The notes: generated by a model not told the origin, from the sequence alone. Counted from the first letter of the stretch, positions 27,662 to 41,748 are shown. The stretch: 64,000 bases of DNA from Haplodiscus bocki (GCA_965655095.1 OZ296652.1:106020001-106084000); one strand, 5' to 3'. Translations and numbers: made by a program.

Positions 27662-27722
<61 letters not shown>

Positions 27723-27727
27723 GAGAG
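27662..27727. repeat. (AG)n microsatellite
   Basis: Direct read. Confidence 0.95.
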
Positions 27728-30700
27728 GAGAAATTCCAGATTATTTTCTTCTTAATGAGAAGAGTTTTTTTTGCTGTATAGATGAGCTGCTGTTCACCGC
27801 ACGAAACTATTTTTACGATTGTTAAAACAGAGGCGAAGGAAAAGTGCGTGATGGGAAAACAAATCTCTAGATGGCGGCTATTACGAAAATGTCTACTTCA
27901 CTAATCGTAGCTGTTAACGAGTGATGACTGATATACTTCATCACTCGTTTTCTACAACGAACAGCTACGAAAAACGAATTATTTACGAATTACTCTGACT
28001 GTGATAACGAGAGGTTGACTATTACTGGCCTAGAGAGCCTAGAGAAAGTGAAGTGAAAATTGAGTACAAATTTTACAAAGGTCAAGAACTAAATGCAAAA
28101 AAAAATGAAAAATATTAAAGAGTTTTGTTTAGTTTGTTATAATATGGTCGGAAAATAATATTCTGATAGATTAAGAAGTCTCAAAATATTTGTGGAAACA
28201 ATTTGATTCAGCAAAAAGTCTTACAATAGAGAACTGAAAAGAATTTTTGTGCATTTTTTTCTCTTGAAAAGCTAGCGGAATCAACTGTAACAAAAATTGT
28301 GGGACCGTCTTTGCTTGTAATTCTCACTCAAAATTGAAGTAAATTGAATGCTTGGGAGTGTATATAGGCAGTTTTGAAAACAGCAAGGTTTCTGTTAGAA
28401 GTCAAATTTTTCAGTTTGACTCTGTCAAAATGAAAGTAGAACCTACCTGACCAATGAAAATGCATCATAGAACATATATTGAATCTAGGCAGTTTGTCAA
28501 GTCTTAATTAGAGTTGATTGGAACTTCATGTGATGTGAGGCACTTTCGTTAATGCCTCAAAATGTGAACAAAATCTGAACCACTCAGTTTTTTGTTCTCT
28601 GGAGAAGAATGAAGAGAAGCTGCCGCAACCGCACAGTCAGCCAACTTTCCTCTAGGTTTATTTCAGACACGAAATTGATGCCGATTGAACGCTCGTTCGT
28701 AAGATAGGCTGTTTTGAAAATAACGAAGTTCTGTAAATGTCGAATTCTTCGATTTGTCTCCAGTCAAAAAGCGAATAGAAACTGTCTGAATACTTGAGAA
28801 ATCTCGTAAAATATAGGATGGGGTCTCGGCAATTTGTTCGGACATAGTTAGAGCTCATTGAAAACCCATGTAATGTGACGTATATTTGCTAGAACAGCAA
28901 AATTGAAACATTCTGAATTACGGTGATTCTTGGATTCTTGGGCCTTTTTGTCATCGAACGCTTACAGGAAAAATGCCGAAACCCTAAAAAGAACTCTTAC
29001 GTTTCCAAATCTATTGTAGTTACACTGAGCACGCAAAGATGAAGTAAATTGAACGTTTGAAAGTTAAGATAAGGCGTTTTGAAAGCAGCAAAACTCTGTA
29101 AAGTCGATTTTTTTCGTTCTCTCTAGCCAAAAAGCAAATAAAAACTCTCTGATCACTTGAAGATTTACATGTTAAAATTAACAGCTTTGAAGACAGCAAT
29201 TTTTTGTACAGGTCGATTTTTCTCTAGTTTTACTCAGTGGGAAAACATAATTTCGAAGACTATGTTATCATCTGTCAAAGATTGATTTGATCGAAAAGAG
29301 ATGTAAATTATGCGCCCAAATATCAGCAGAAAAACCGAGAATTGTTGGAATTTAGTATTTCATGGCTCTTGCCTGAAATATTTTGGCATACATGAACAAT
29401 TACCGACCTTTCAATTAATCGAAAGGCAATTCTACTCGTGTAGTTGAACGCTCTGTATCGGAAAATTTTGCAACTTCTCGGGGGTAATGCGAAAAATTTT
29501 CGGCTTGGCGAAAATGCTTTTCCCCTACTCAAGTTTTCAAAAGGTGTCGAATTCCCATAAAAACAGCAGTCGCACTGTGGTATTTTCCCTAAAAGGGATG
29601 TAGAGTTGATTTATCGATGATACAAAGCTTTACTTTCACAAAATTTTTCACTAAATAGAAGTTTGTCGATTGAGACCTTCTTGGAGCAACACAAACCGAG
29701 AGTTTAGAAAATGATGATTTGAATATCAAAATAACAATAACGCACTTTCCGGCATTTTCGACCTATCTCGAAAATTCTGTTGCTTGTGCTGAAAATCAAG
29801 GAGTTTAAATTCGAAGACCCTTCAACGGACAGGAAGCTGTTAGTTAATAACTTGATGGAAGAAATCAAGCGGAGAATTATGGAGGTTCATGAATTTCATT
29901 ATCGGGATTTATCAAAAAAATATCATTTTTTGGCATTATTGGTCTGTCAGGATTCCGATGCTAGGATCTAGATCCTTGATTTTGTTATTGAGTGGTCCTC
30001 CTCAAGTCTAGTCGTTTCGGTTGAGCCCTTGATGGAAGAATTGAAGCTGGTGTTTTAGAAAGTTCGGAAGCCAAGATATGTAATTTTTGAACATTTTTGG
30101 CCTTTCAATATGCAGACGCAGAGATTAACATCGATTTTTTGAAAAGTCCTGCAATTAAAATCTTTCTACTGAAACCTTTTTGAAAGAATTGAGCTATGTA
30201 GTTCTGAGAGAATAATTTCAACATCCAACAAAATTAAAACTTTTCGCTCTTTTTGGCATGCGGACATGACAAAACAAGTTGTTTAAGCAAAATAAGTTAT
30301 AGAATTTTTCTGATTTTGGTTTCTGAGCAACCAGAATAGTGAAAAAAAACGGATACCGAAAAGCAAAAATAAGTTTAATCATTTGTATTATCAATTAATT
30401 CTCCAAGATGTTTTTTTTTCACTGGAAGATTTTGTTAATTTTCCTAAAAACCAATGAATTTTTCAAAGTAGGCGGCAAAGACAGAGTTCTTGTGAAAATA
30501 ACTAAATTAGATAGAATTGAATTTCGTCAAATAAACCTCGTTCTACCGCTGTTCAGAAATAGAAGGATGAATACAAGAGTGAAATTGTGTAAAAGCAGTA
30601 AGTAGACTGCGCAGGAATAATTCGATTTCGCCACCTGTTATTTACTTTAGCGTAGTGTAAGTATTGAACAAGGTGTGCATATAGCAAGCGAGAGTACTCA

Positions 30701-30834
30701 ATAATCCTCGAGGAAATTCAAATTTGAAAAAAAAAATTGCGCAGAAAAAGTCTCCGAAAAGCCGAAACTGAAATTCTGCGAGGTAAAACATTTCTTCGTA
30801 GAAGTCGATGAAAACGCAGAGAACGATTTTGAAA

Positions 30835-30900
30835 GTGCTACTAGTGGGGTTCGAACCTGGGCACTGGTTGTCCGAACCTCGTCTATTGCCAATAACCAAT
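30835..30900 (-). repeat. Possible tRNA-derived SINE head
   Basis: Minus strand has B-box GGTTCGAACCC at tRNA-like spacing from a TGGTTATTGGC A-box-like motif; no complete cloverleaf. Confidence 0.35.
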
Positions 30901-31649
30901 ACACTGAAGAAATCAGGTGGGACGTGGATAAACTGAAAGAACAAGTTACTTGATTGAGGAAAGAAACAAAGAATTGGCAAACTAGCAGAGAAAAAAAGGA
31001 GCGAAAGATTTAGCAGAGAAAAAAAGGAGCGAAAGATTTTAGACAGCGTTGTCAAAATTGCATTTTGTCCTGAGGAATTTTTTTCAGACTTTGGGCAAAA
31101 AAATTCGGATTTTGAGCGAATATTTTTCGGCAGGTTTTCTGAAACTGCATTCTACGTGTCCGAGGAATCTTTTGGTGAATACATTTTTGCGGAATTTTCG
31201 CAATTGACGTAGCCATAATTGGCAAATCATTCGAGAAAAAAAAAGTCCTAGTGAGAGAATAATTTTTCTTTCGTAATATTGTACGTTAGCAAATAACAAG
31301 GTTTAAATTTTGCTACTACAGTAATAACAAGAAGCACAGCAGTGCTGAGATGTTTTCCGTCTACGGTGGGCCAAACATCTCTCAAAAATATATTTTTTGA
31401 GACCTTTATGAAAAACATAGGCACCCTAGGGTGACAGGTGGCTCGGCCTGAAAGTACATTTTTAGACAAAAACTGGTGTTCTCAAAACTGATTTCTACGT
31501 TTCCAGGGGAACATTTTGAGCGATTTTTTCAAAAACAAGACATTTATATATTTTCGGACCTGGAACGAAAAATTTCGGGACGGAAATTAACAAGCAACGT
31601 AGTATATACGTTATAGCTAAACTATAACGTGACTGTCGATGTGTGTTTT

Positions 31650-31653
<4 letters not shown>

Positions 31654-31688
<35 letters not shown>
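31654..31688. repeat. (TG)n microsatellite
   Basis: Direct read. Confidence 0.95.
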
Positions 31689-31691
<3 letters not shown>

Positions 31692-33581
31692 TGAATTCAC
31701 ACATGCAGTGGATGTGAGCTTGATTAAGGAATTGGGAAACAGCTGGAATCGATGAAGGAAAACAGAGAATTGAAGAATATGCTCTATACTGAAGTATAAT
31801 CGGAAAATAAAAATCCGTAATGTTGGATGAATAATTTTCCTTTCATAGGAAATATGAGCGAAAATGATAACAGAGTCATTTGGGCGGATATCAACGTTTT
31901 CAATAGCTTTTTTAAATATCGAACGCGAAAAATATTATAGGTACGACGTTGATCTTTTCCGAGCGTCAATCGGACACTGCTTCGCTTGATTGTTGTGACA
32001 TCACCACTGCTGCTTGCAGTACAGATGCCTCATGTGGCCTATAGAGGGCTATGATAATTAGTTTCAATGCAGTTTCTAGACCGCCTGACGTTTATTCTGG
32101 CATTTTCTTTTTCAAATATTTCCAAGTGAACTTATCTCGCTATATTTTACATTTCCCTAAAGTTTCCGCTGTTTTGCTTTGCGAAATATCTTTTTAAGTT
32201 CTCTTCCACCGTAAGTAGATCTGAGTTTTCAATTTTAGAACAGTTTCTCTGAGAATTTTATCAAAAATGCGCATTTTAATGTTTTAACTAACATTATCTA
32301 TTTTCGTATTGTTTTCAGAATTTTCGCTATTTTATCTTCTTTAATTAACTTGCTCTTAGTCAGAAGTAATTTGATAAGGAAAATCAATCTGATGAATTTG
32401 AGCAGAATTTTCCCAAAATGATTCAATTTTGAGGATTTTGCATGGTTTTATGTAAGGAAGAAATAGCTCCGCAATCAAATTTCCGCTCTTTTGCTGTATA
32501 ATTCTGGTTTTTACCTAGATGTGCAATGAAAAATACAAAAATTTTCTTCCAAAAGAGTTTTTTAAAAGAAATGTTTAAAATAAATGTTTTCAAGTCATCG
32601 AGAATAGCGACTTTCGCATAATTTCCGAAATTCTTGTTTTTTAGTCTTCCAAATCAATTTATGACTACACATCTAGCCCACTTCTTCACAAGGTGATACA
32701 ATTTTCAGGATTCTGAAACTTCGTCCAAAATGGTATTTTGGTGCTGTTCCATAAAAACTTTTCAAGTCTTTTGCCTTCCAAATCAACTTCTTTAGCCACA
32801 AATGTAGCATGAATCAATAGAATAGATTGAATTTTGAGAAAGCCCTCTTGAAAATAGTGACTTTTGAAAATAGTCTTTTTTTGGTGTGTATAAGTGTATC
32901 AAAACTCGCCATTGATGCGGATTTTTGAACTTTCGACAGCTGAGTCAACTTTCTAGCTACTAAGCCATATCAAATCGCAACAAAAACATTTTGCCTAGCT
33001 CAACAATTTTTTTTCAAAAATGATGTTATTTGAGTGCTTTAAAGTTATTGCGAAAAAGATGAATTTTTATTCAGGAATTTCTGATCTTTTGTCTTCCAAA
33101 TTTGATAATCGTTTTTTGCCACATCTTTTTTAGAAGCCAATGCAGTTATAAAGTTTTGCCCATGTCCTCGGAGTGTAATCATTTTCGGAAAAGCAACGTT
33201 TTTGAGAAGCTCAATTAACTAATTTCGCCTTTATATACTGAATTTTATTTTTCGTTTTTCTAAATCAGTTTTTTTAGCTGTAGTTGCATAATTTTGAAGA
33301 AAAACGCTAATGCTACTAATACAAATCCCCACTTCAACGGTTGTTTCAAGCTTTAATTATGTTAAAGGATCTGCTTTTTGAAGCAAAAGCGACCCTCCCC
33401 ACGTCCTAAGGTGCCATGTTTTTCATTTGGTGGCCTCAAAATGTGGTTTTTGATTCTTGTGCTTCCATATTCGAGCCCCGTCAAGGGTCTATTTTTGTGA
33501 ATGTAAATTTGGTACCTGAGGGAAATTCTCATCTGTGAGGCGTAATATTGCTCTAGAATGCCGATTATCTTCTATCTTTAG

Positions 33582-34022
33582 GAGCCGATGTCCAAACTGC
33601 TTCCTCATACTGACTATTTATTTGGAAACGAAACGGAAGCAGTGAAATTTGCGGAGGCTAACGGTGGACCCACGTCAGATTTGAAAGAGATTGCGAAATG
33701 GGCCAGTCAACTTCCGAAATCCAACGAGAAGCGAAGCCGTTACGTCGTTTTCACCCAGGGACTGGAGCCAACTCTGGTTGCTAAAGATGGAAGAATAGTT
33801 GTGGAATCTCCTGTTGTGAATCTAAATGCCGATCTAATAGTTGATACTAATGGTGCCGGTGATGCCTTTGTCGGTGGCTTTTTGGCAGCCTTGGCTCAGG
33901 GTCTAGGTCTGGAACAGTGTGTGACCTTAGCACAAAGTGCTGCTAAGTATTGCATCCAGAAACCTGGAAGCGTGTTTGTTGCTTCAGAGAGAAATCAAAT
34001 TGCGTCAGCCATTCTTCAATAA
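33582..34022 (+). CDS. ADK: Adenosine kinase, exon 3 (terminal)
   Basis: Acceptor tctatctttAG|GAG; LFGNETEA, VVFTQG and PfkB signature DTNGAGDAFVGGF; spliced CDS is 232+392+441=1065 nt, i.e. 354 aa plus stop. Confidence 0.95.
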   Translation, partial: EPMSKLLPHTDYLFGNETEAVKFAEANGGPTSDLKEIAKWASQLPKSNEKRSRYVVFTQGLEPTLVAKDGRIVVESPVVNLNADLIVDTNGAGDAFVGGFLAALAQGLGLEQCVTLAQSAAKYCIQKPGSVFVASERNQIASAILQ

Positions 34023-34599
34023 TTGTACATTTGTCTTCGAATATATTTCGTATTTCACGTTGGGTCTCAGGACTCCGATGTTCATATTTGTATTTGCACT
34101 TGTTAATATTTTGTACACCGATTTGGGGTTCGTTGTGAAAGCTGTTATTGGACTAAAAATTTTTTATCTCTTTTTCCTCTTGTGTGGATCTCAAAATCAG
34201 AACGTTTTGAAAACGGACAGGTGAAAACTTATCCTTTCGGACAAATATATGGGAAAACGACAAATTTATAAGAAAACGTAGGATGGATATGATAACGCGA
34301 AATTACGAGAGGGGGGTTAATAATCGATTGAATCTACCAAAAATTTTGGCCGACCCCATATTCAAACCTGCGCAGACGGCGGATTCGATTCTGTTGGCCG
34401 GAGGTCATGGTCCTATCCACTTGGCCATCGCACCACCAGTTAGCCATTGAAGTTGTTTGTATTGTGTCAACTATATGAACAGTCGCTTTTCAGCTGCAAT
34501 GACAGAGACAGGTTGTAGTAGTTCGAGTTGCATTAGCTACTATTTCAAATGACCTGGGGTTTTGTGTTGATATTTTGGGACCAGAGTTGATACATCACG

Positions 34600-35900
34600 T
34601 CATTGATTCTTCCAATGACTAATCAAGTTTATACTCAGAAATTACTGACATTTGCTGTTCCGACAACTGGAAAAGTTATTGTCTGAACGAGATACTTTGT
34701 TCCGAAGACGCCAAAGGCCCTGTTTGCATTTGCAGAGGAGTATACGGAGGAAAAAGATGTGACAAGTAGATGTAGTACAATTGAGAATGGCTTTTGAGTT
34801 CTAAACCGAATCCTCTGTGGAAAAAGCGCAGAGGTGGGAGAGAAAACATTACTTACCGGCACATTCACAGCAAAAACGACAGAACAGGATTCCCCAACCC
34901 TTTGTTGCAGCTTTATGTCATATGATTTTGAGAAAAACTGATGGCTTCAACAAAAGCAAGTGAAAATTTCACATGAATCTTTACATAAGAAATTCAAAGT
35001 CTACCGTTTTCACTCTCACGAAGCGACTCGATTAGTTGCTCAGCACAACAAAGAAATTGAAAGAGTAATCAGTTTCCCAACTACTGTGCAGTAAGTACCG
35101 TCATCTAACTTTTTGTTGCTGCTTCCAACTAGCATTGAGATTCGAACGCATTTTCCCAGAAGATTTCGCTGCAATTGATTCCTGAACCCAATTGGCATCA
35201 CCAATTCGAGTCAACTGTCTTGTTTCTTCTCATTTTTCACCCATTTTGATTCTACGAAGCTAAAACCAATTTTGTTTCAAGTATAGTCAAATATTGTGGC
35301 AGAGACCAGAGAATGCATTCTACTTTTACTTCGTTAGGAACATCCTGATGCAATTGATTAACCTTTTGGGCGTACTTAGACTTCTGGTTTCAGCCTTCGT
35401 GCAACTACGAGCTTAATATTCCGTTTCTTGGTTCTTGGTAAATTGCAATTTCTCAAAGGATTAGTTCACTGAGTCTGGTTGGATGTGAAGGCAGACCAAC
35501 TTTTATGTATTTGCAACAAGTCTTTTTGGATTAGAACTCTCAAGTGTAAAGTTCACTTCTTTGATCAGAAATTTAATCCTGAAACGAACAAGATATCAAT
35601 TCTATTTATCGATTTGAAGGAATTCTTGAACAAAAACCGAGCTATCGTTTTCATGGATTTGCGTATCAGCGCAAACCACAACAACAACAATTTTTCCAAA
35701 GAACCGTAGAAGTTATTTTACTGAACCAAACAAAACAAAAAGACCTAGGCGGCTGACAAAAAATTGCACAGTATCCTGTAGGAAGCTGGTACAAACGAAT
35801 TCGTTTTGTTCAGCATGCCCATGGTTTTTAAGATTCGATTCTCCTATACTCCAAAACTTCTAAAAGCAAACACAATTGCTGTTCTTGGAATCTTTATCCC
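34600..35900 (-). pseudogene. Polinton-like major capsid remnant
   Basis: Minus-strand fragments HENDSSVFV..SFKSINRIDIL and GNPVLSF...CR*V resemble capsid blocks (cf. N.VIF.NN.LHSLF and GGQPIVDFD..DNCRLYV). Very degenerate; supported mainly by context. Confidence 0.35.
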
Positions 35901-35944
35901 TGCTGTTATAAATTTGGACAGTCTTGGATGTCCCAAAGCGTCAG

Positions 35945-36900
35945 AACTGAACCCCTCTTTGAATAATATTTTCCCTATCTATCCATTTACCCAACATTCA
36001 TGTTCAAATTTCGATCACTGTACGAATGGAAAATTTGACATTTTTTTACGACTGTCTCTCCAGTTACTATCAAAACGTGTACTTTGAAAACAATTGCTGA
36101 AGAGAAAAACAAAACTGACAACTTCCGATCAACCCAGTCCCCGGAATTAAATCTCGTAAATTTAACTCTTTTTTGGGCCAACCTCTTAGCAATGAGTCTC
36201 TGATCAGACTCGTCGAAAGACTACAAGCGAGCAAAGACTACAATCATAACTTTTTGAGAAAAACCCTATTTCAAATGATCCGAAATGAATTCTCGTTGCT
36301 GAACGCCAATCTCAAATCAACAGGTAGCTTCTTTCAATATGTATGCAACTAACAAAATGTCAAACAGATGCGTCAAAAATCTGATGATGGAACGAAAGAT
36401 TGCTCCGCTCACACTACCCGCGAAGTACTCTACTCGATGTGTCTTGACGAGAGTCACGACCAACTGCTTCCAAAATTGATCTGAGGAGACTCGCTTGGGT
36501 TGGTTCACGTAGAAATTATTCTGCAAAAGACGTAACACCCACCAGCGATATCAAAGAAACGAACCAAGAGTAACCACAAAAACTGTAGTGTTGTTCTGCA
36601 TTTGTTGCTTACGTGTTTTAAGGTGCAGTTAGAAAGTAATCCCAGATCCGTTTTCGTGAATTTGCTTTCTACAAATTTTAGTTGAAGTCTTTGATTCGCA
36701 CTCTTTTTTTCGAAAAGACGGAGGAGCATACACTTGAGTTCGTCGACACTTTTCAAGCTGAGGACTCGATTTTTAGGCGAAAGATCGTCGTGGAAATTTT
36801 GTAGTCGAGTTACAGTGTCACGGTCTGAAACATCGTTTTTCACACGAGTCAAACTAGTCTTTTTAAAGTTATTGTTTGTTTACCAAAAAAGTTAGGATCC
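35945..36900 (-). pseudogene. Polinton retroviral-type integrase remnant
   Basis: VKNDVSDRDTVTR (N-terminal), QPKRVSSD...FRSIIRFLTHLF (cf. PKKVWSDKGTEF...AERNIRSLK), RFNSGDWV (cf. KF.VGD.V), GKYY (cf. GKFY) in order. Confidence 0.6.
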
Positions 36901-36976
36901 GCTGCCAAGTGGAAAAAAATAGTTTAGTTTTTGCTTTTCTTGGCACAATTGGTTTTATTTTTCAGAATCCAAAATT

Positions 36977-38400
36977 ATGGAGAGGGCAGCGTTCATGAAT
37001 GGCCATGTATTCACGTCCTTGGTTGGTCAAGGTGGTCCTATGAAGAAGCATTTGATTTATACAACGCTTTCCTCGCCTACCACTTTTCATCCACCGATAG
37101 ACCAAACTCTTTACTCTTACAAAGGGTATCAACTTTTTTTCAAAAAATTGGTGGAGAAGTTGAACATTGGCTTTTTCCCTGTTTAGATTCTGAAACAATT
37201 GAAAATCCGGAGATCTGCCATTTCGTATCTGATTTTTTTTGCGATGAAACTTTTGAACAGAAAAAGCTTGTCAAAACTGCTGTTGCCGGTAACTTGAAGA
37301 GATTCTGTTTTTTTTCGACGAGGGCAAGTTTTGTCCTCAGTCACAGGCGAAATATTTCTCCGAAGAATCAATCGCCCGTGCCTCCGCTTTTTACTACAAG
37401 GAGTGCTCAATCATTGTGTACTTTTCTTCAAACTCCGGGAGCTTCCCACGGTTGCCAAGTTTCTTAATCGTTTTCAGACGCGGCGTTAAGTTGCAGCTCA
37501 AACTTTTGAAGTCTTTTGCGTGTAGTTTATACAGTTTGGGTTTAATTAGTGCCCACAATGAGTGCACGAGAAATTGCTTTAATACCCAAAGAAAACTGGT
37601 AAGACACAATCAAAAGCATCGGAAGTGGTATATGATCCAAACGTAACGCTAAAGTCGCACTATCTAACACTTCTACAACTTCCTACAGACACCGAGAGGG
37701 AGGAAAAAATATGCAGAAAGAAAAACAGACAAATGTAAGGAAGCAACTGCTCCAGATGAAAAAATTGACGCTTTTGCGTGCGCTCTCAATGCTTCAACCT
37801 CTTCAACTGAGAAAGTCTGAATTGATGCTGTAAAATTTCCAGGAGCACGCAGTTTTTTAAACTAATAATGAAAATGTACTGACGATTTGTGACCGTCCAA
37901 TGCCAATTGAAGCACTAACTTTCCTTTACTACTTGCAACAAAACAAAGAGCAGCTGCCGGTCGTAGACTACAAACTATTTTTAGAGAAATAGGACTTTTC
38001 TCTCCAAATAGCCGCAAACATCTGGGCCAGGCTGATTATCGAACCAAAAGTTGCCACAACAACTAGTTTGTCTCTATTTAAACCCACACTGCGAAAACTA
38101 CCCCCACTAAGCTTCAAAAGGATGAGCCGCAACTTGACACCGCGTCTGGAAACAAAAAAGAATTTTGGCAACCATGAGAAGCTCCCGAAGTTTGAAGAAA
38201 AGTTTGGGAAAACATTTAATCAAGTGGTTTGGTTGATTATAGAAAGTTGATGAACCTGCAATGAACTAGCAAACTCCGACATTCGGAAACCGTCATTCCG
38301 TTGAATATTGTCGATAGCTTGTACGGAAATTTCCTCGATTAAAAAACATTGCCGACAACGTTGACGATTTTCGCTCAATGGACGTGTCTTGTGTTAAAAA
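36977..38400 (+). pseudogene. Polinton A32-like packaging ATPase remnant, split by a MITE
   Basis: FTSLVGQGGPMKKHLI (decayed Walker A), TTFHPP, YKGYQ.LF, CHFVSDFFCDE (Walker B region), KTAVAG; similarity appears to resume after the insertion with FGKTFN. Confidence 0.75.
37419..38203. mobile_element. Non-autonomous DNA transposon (MITE) with ~125 bp imperfect TIRs
   Basis: acttttcttcaaactccgggagcttcccacggttgccaa...tgggttt (37420-37543) is the reverse complement of aaaccca...ggcaaccatgagaagctcccgaagtttgaagaaaagt (38080-38203). Confidence 0.85.
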
Positions 38401-38899
38401 TAGACCATAGAAGTTTTTGTTGTCAGAATTTTGTTGCTTTGAGTCCATGTGTTATTGCGTTTTTTGCGAGTGCTACCAATGCGATCAAAAAAGCCCATGA
38501 CGCAAGTAAAGCTTTTGATAAGATTTATGTACGATTCCACTCCCAGAAAGTTTGGCTCGACAAGAGAACAGAACTCAAGGAGCTTTCAAATCGTTGTCTG
38601 ACAAGAAAGGCAACGACATATGCACAACAGCCAGCGAAACAAATTTTGCATTCGCTGAACAGAACACCGGTTTACTTAAAAACATTATAAACCGAAATTA
38701 GCGATACAAATTGACCTATCATTACATCAACCGATTGCAGTTATCTGTCAAGTACATCAATTCTCAAGTTACACGTGTTATTGGTTTATCGCCAAACAAA
38801 GTTACAGAGCGACTTATACTAAACTTATTTTGTCTAGCTGCAGAATAGCTAAAGGGGTTTATCAACAAACCAATGTACTTTAATGGTAATAAAGAGCGA

Positions 38900-39905
38900 A
38901 GAGCTTCTGAAGATTTGTTGTTCAAAAAAAGCTACAAACAAAGTTTTAATGACAAATTTTTACACTCATTCTACTTGCCACTTTCGACCCACCAATATAC
39001 AACTTGAGGGAAAAAAATTACTCTGAAGGGGAAATCTCACTGGCCCGAATTAACAAAATTAAATGGGCGAATTTAACTTTTACAGCGAATCGACGGGATC
39101 GATGAATTTTTACACAGAAAACACAATGGCTGTCTGTCGCAACTTACTTGTACATTAAATTCAACTAGAAAGTGATTGAGGTGTGGCTTAGGCTGGAAAA
39201 TTATTACCCACCCGTTTTACAAATTACAACAGTCGAACATTTTATACACACTCCCAATCTACCAATGAAAATGTTTCCGAACCAACGTCGGATGCAAATT
39301 GAGTATCGCTCGGGAGCTGGGAAATAATGGCATTTTTCCATTTGGTGAATTGAAAAAGTAAAACACATCCTAAACGTAATGAAAGTGGAAACCTGTTTAT
39401 GAAAAACCCTTCGAGTCATGTTCATTCAACGACGAAGGGCAAGTAACGCAACTTTTGTGTTTAAGGAATTTATGTTATGACGTTCCTTGACCGCCCTATT
39501 CGAGTCGTCTTGCGATTCAAGTGCCAGCCGACGAAACACCGAATTGGAGCTGCCTTTGTGGACAAGTTAAACAAGAACAACCAATCTTGAATGAATATCC
39601 TTTAGAGTTTTCGGCCGGAATAAAAATGTTCTTTGCAAGCACGAAAATCAATGAACAACGAAATGTTACAGGTGTCAAGGCATCACTGTTGTGAATCATT
39701 GATAGTAAAATGAGCGTCAAACAACCTAGAATATACTTCAACAACAGTTCATCAAACTTCTTTGGAACCCCAATTCAAAGAGGTAAATAACAGCACCATT
39801 GAGGCAATTCGAATCGATTCTGTTATAATCACTAGTCAAAAAGTTCAATTTGTTTGTACTGGAAAAGCTGCATTGACATTGAAATTCAGAAAATTTCAAG
39901 AAACG
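38900..39905 (+). pseudogene. Polinton minor capsid (penton) remnant
   Basis: NIQLEG...EIS near the start; FSAGIKMFF...QRNVTGVKASLL*IIDS (cf. Y.DIIE.Q.VGD.KAPLLR); VQFVCTGKAALTLKFRKF at the end (cf. VPF..GK..LTL.F.K). Confidence 0.65.
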
Positions 39906-40323
39906 AGAATTTTTGTTCGCAACGGTTGGCTTTGCTCCAATTTACGGGTCCCACGAGAGAAAAAAACACAGTGATTATGATTCACTAGCTTTGTTCGAAT
40001 AGCCGTAGTTTTAGCGGAAATAATTTCGCTCTCTGCAGTCAAAACAAAAGGTAAAGAACATTTTGTGTAAACTCTACCAAAATAGTTTCAAGTTGCATCG
40101 ACGCGGAAGTCAATCAAACAAGCCGCAAACCAACTTTAAAAAATTATAAAGAAACAAGTAGGTGGATCAGGAAAAAACTCAAATTCATTGAATGCAAAAA
40201 TCTGTCACAGAGCAGTCGGTCGGATTTCTTTTCAAGAAGCAAAAACGTTTCCTGACATTTTCTATCACTAAGCATCTCACAGTTTTTCGACATTTTCGAA
40301 AAACTTTCTCTACTCATCAAGTT

Positions 40324-40893
40324 TGACACTATAACAAACACAAACAAAAAAAACATTTCTGATTTTATTTACGCAAAGGTCAAAATAATATTTCTTTTCG
40401 GTCATTTATTTTTCTCAGCGCACATGTATTTCCAGGCCTGCCATTTTGTAATGCTTAAATTTCCTTCGTATCTGATCGTGATGCAGTAATATTAATCACC
40501 CCCTCGTATCACCGCGACTCTCTAATTTTGCATTTATTGGCTAAGCTTGCGCTGAATATTTGTTTTCGTTTAACCGGATGTTCAAGTCACGCCGCCTATC
40601 GGCAGTTTCTAATGGATGAGGAGTACATTTATAATCGGTCCCAATAACTTTTGAACAACTCACAAATTGCAATCGTTTTAATGCTGTAAACAATTTTGTT
40701 GAAAATCTTTGTAATCATTCCGCTAGAAACCTTCTTCTGAAATGTGAGTTCCCGTAAAACAAAAAATTCAACTCTTTATACCTGCAAAAAATACATTTTC
40801 CGAAAAAAAATACATTAGAAAATTAGCCGCATAATTCAAGTTTTAGCCAAAATTAACCAAAAGGAATAGCTCCCCACGCTAACGGATGCTATA
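40324..40893 (+). repeat. 5' LTR
   Basis: Direct repeat of 52508-53059 (about 10% mismatch in a 165 bp stretch counted by hand); begins TG, ends gatgctata; left edge uncertain by a few bp. Confidence 0.9.
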
Positions 40894-40898
40894 GAAAT

Positions 40899-40910
40899 TG
40901 GTGACAGTGT
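40899..40910 (+). promoter_or_regulatory. Primer binding site
   Basis: TGGTGACAGTGT 5 nt after the 5' LTR; TGG complements tRNA 3'-CCA; primer tRNA not assigned. Confidence 0.7.
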
Positions 40911-41748
40911 GTTTGCGAACCTGTTGCATCCAATTTTTTTAACCTTTTTTGTTGCATTTGCAACTTCAGGCACTATTTGTTTATGGACTTTTCTGAATTT
41001 TTGAGAAAGAAATTGAGATGTCCCCGAGTCTTGGAAATCTGAACCGCTTTTAACTAAGTGAGAACAGGTTAAGTCCTGCTTTTTCAAGCATAGTACCGCC
41101 ATTTGAGCAGATGCAATTCAATTCAAAAAACATTCACGTAGCCGATTTCCATTTCTACCGTACCAGAAGAGCTAGGTTAAGGCTAAGCGTAGTTCCAGTG
41201 TCTTCACTGAGATTTTTGTCTTAAGTTTAACGCAAGTGCCTGTTTAAACTTTCCAACCGTCGTTGCGACGTGGCTCTATTCGTCTCAAAACCGTGACCTT
41301 TTATGTTTTTCACGCAATAATTTCCGCTTTCGTCCGGTCCCGTCCCACTCACAATCCCGTGTTAATTTTGTCAGCTTGTTCAGACGCAAATTCCGCTCGA
41401 TGCTCAGTGAGGTTCCGGTCAACCGGTCCCCGCATCCATTATTTTCCTTCACACCGAATTTCTTGGCCAACATTACGCTAACCATTTCCCAGAATCACTC
41501 ACTTGGCCCTGTTTGCAGTTTAGTCCTCCCGTTTTCGCGAAAGATCGCCAACATTTCTCCCTGCTAGCTGCTGCCTGGATAATTCAATTGCGTCTTTTGA
41601 CTTTGAATCAACGCCTAGCGACTGTCTTGCCGTCCCGTTTGTCCGCTCCGCTCGCCATTCCGCCCACTTTTGCCCCCGTCCGCACCACCTCGACGTTAAG
41701 TTCCGTAACCATCACGCCCGCTCCGTCTCGTTAAACGCTCTGCACTTC

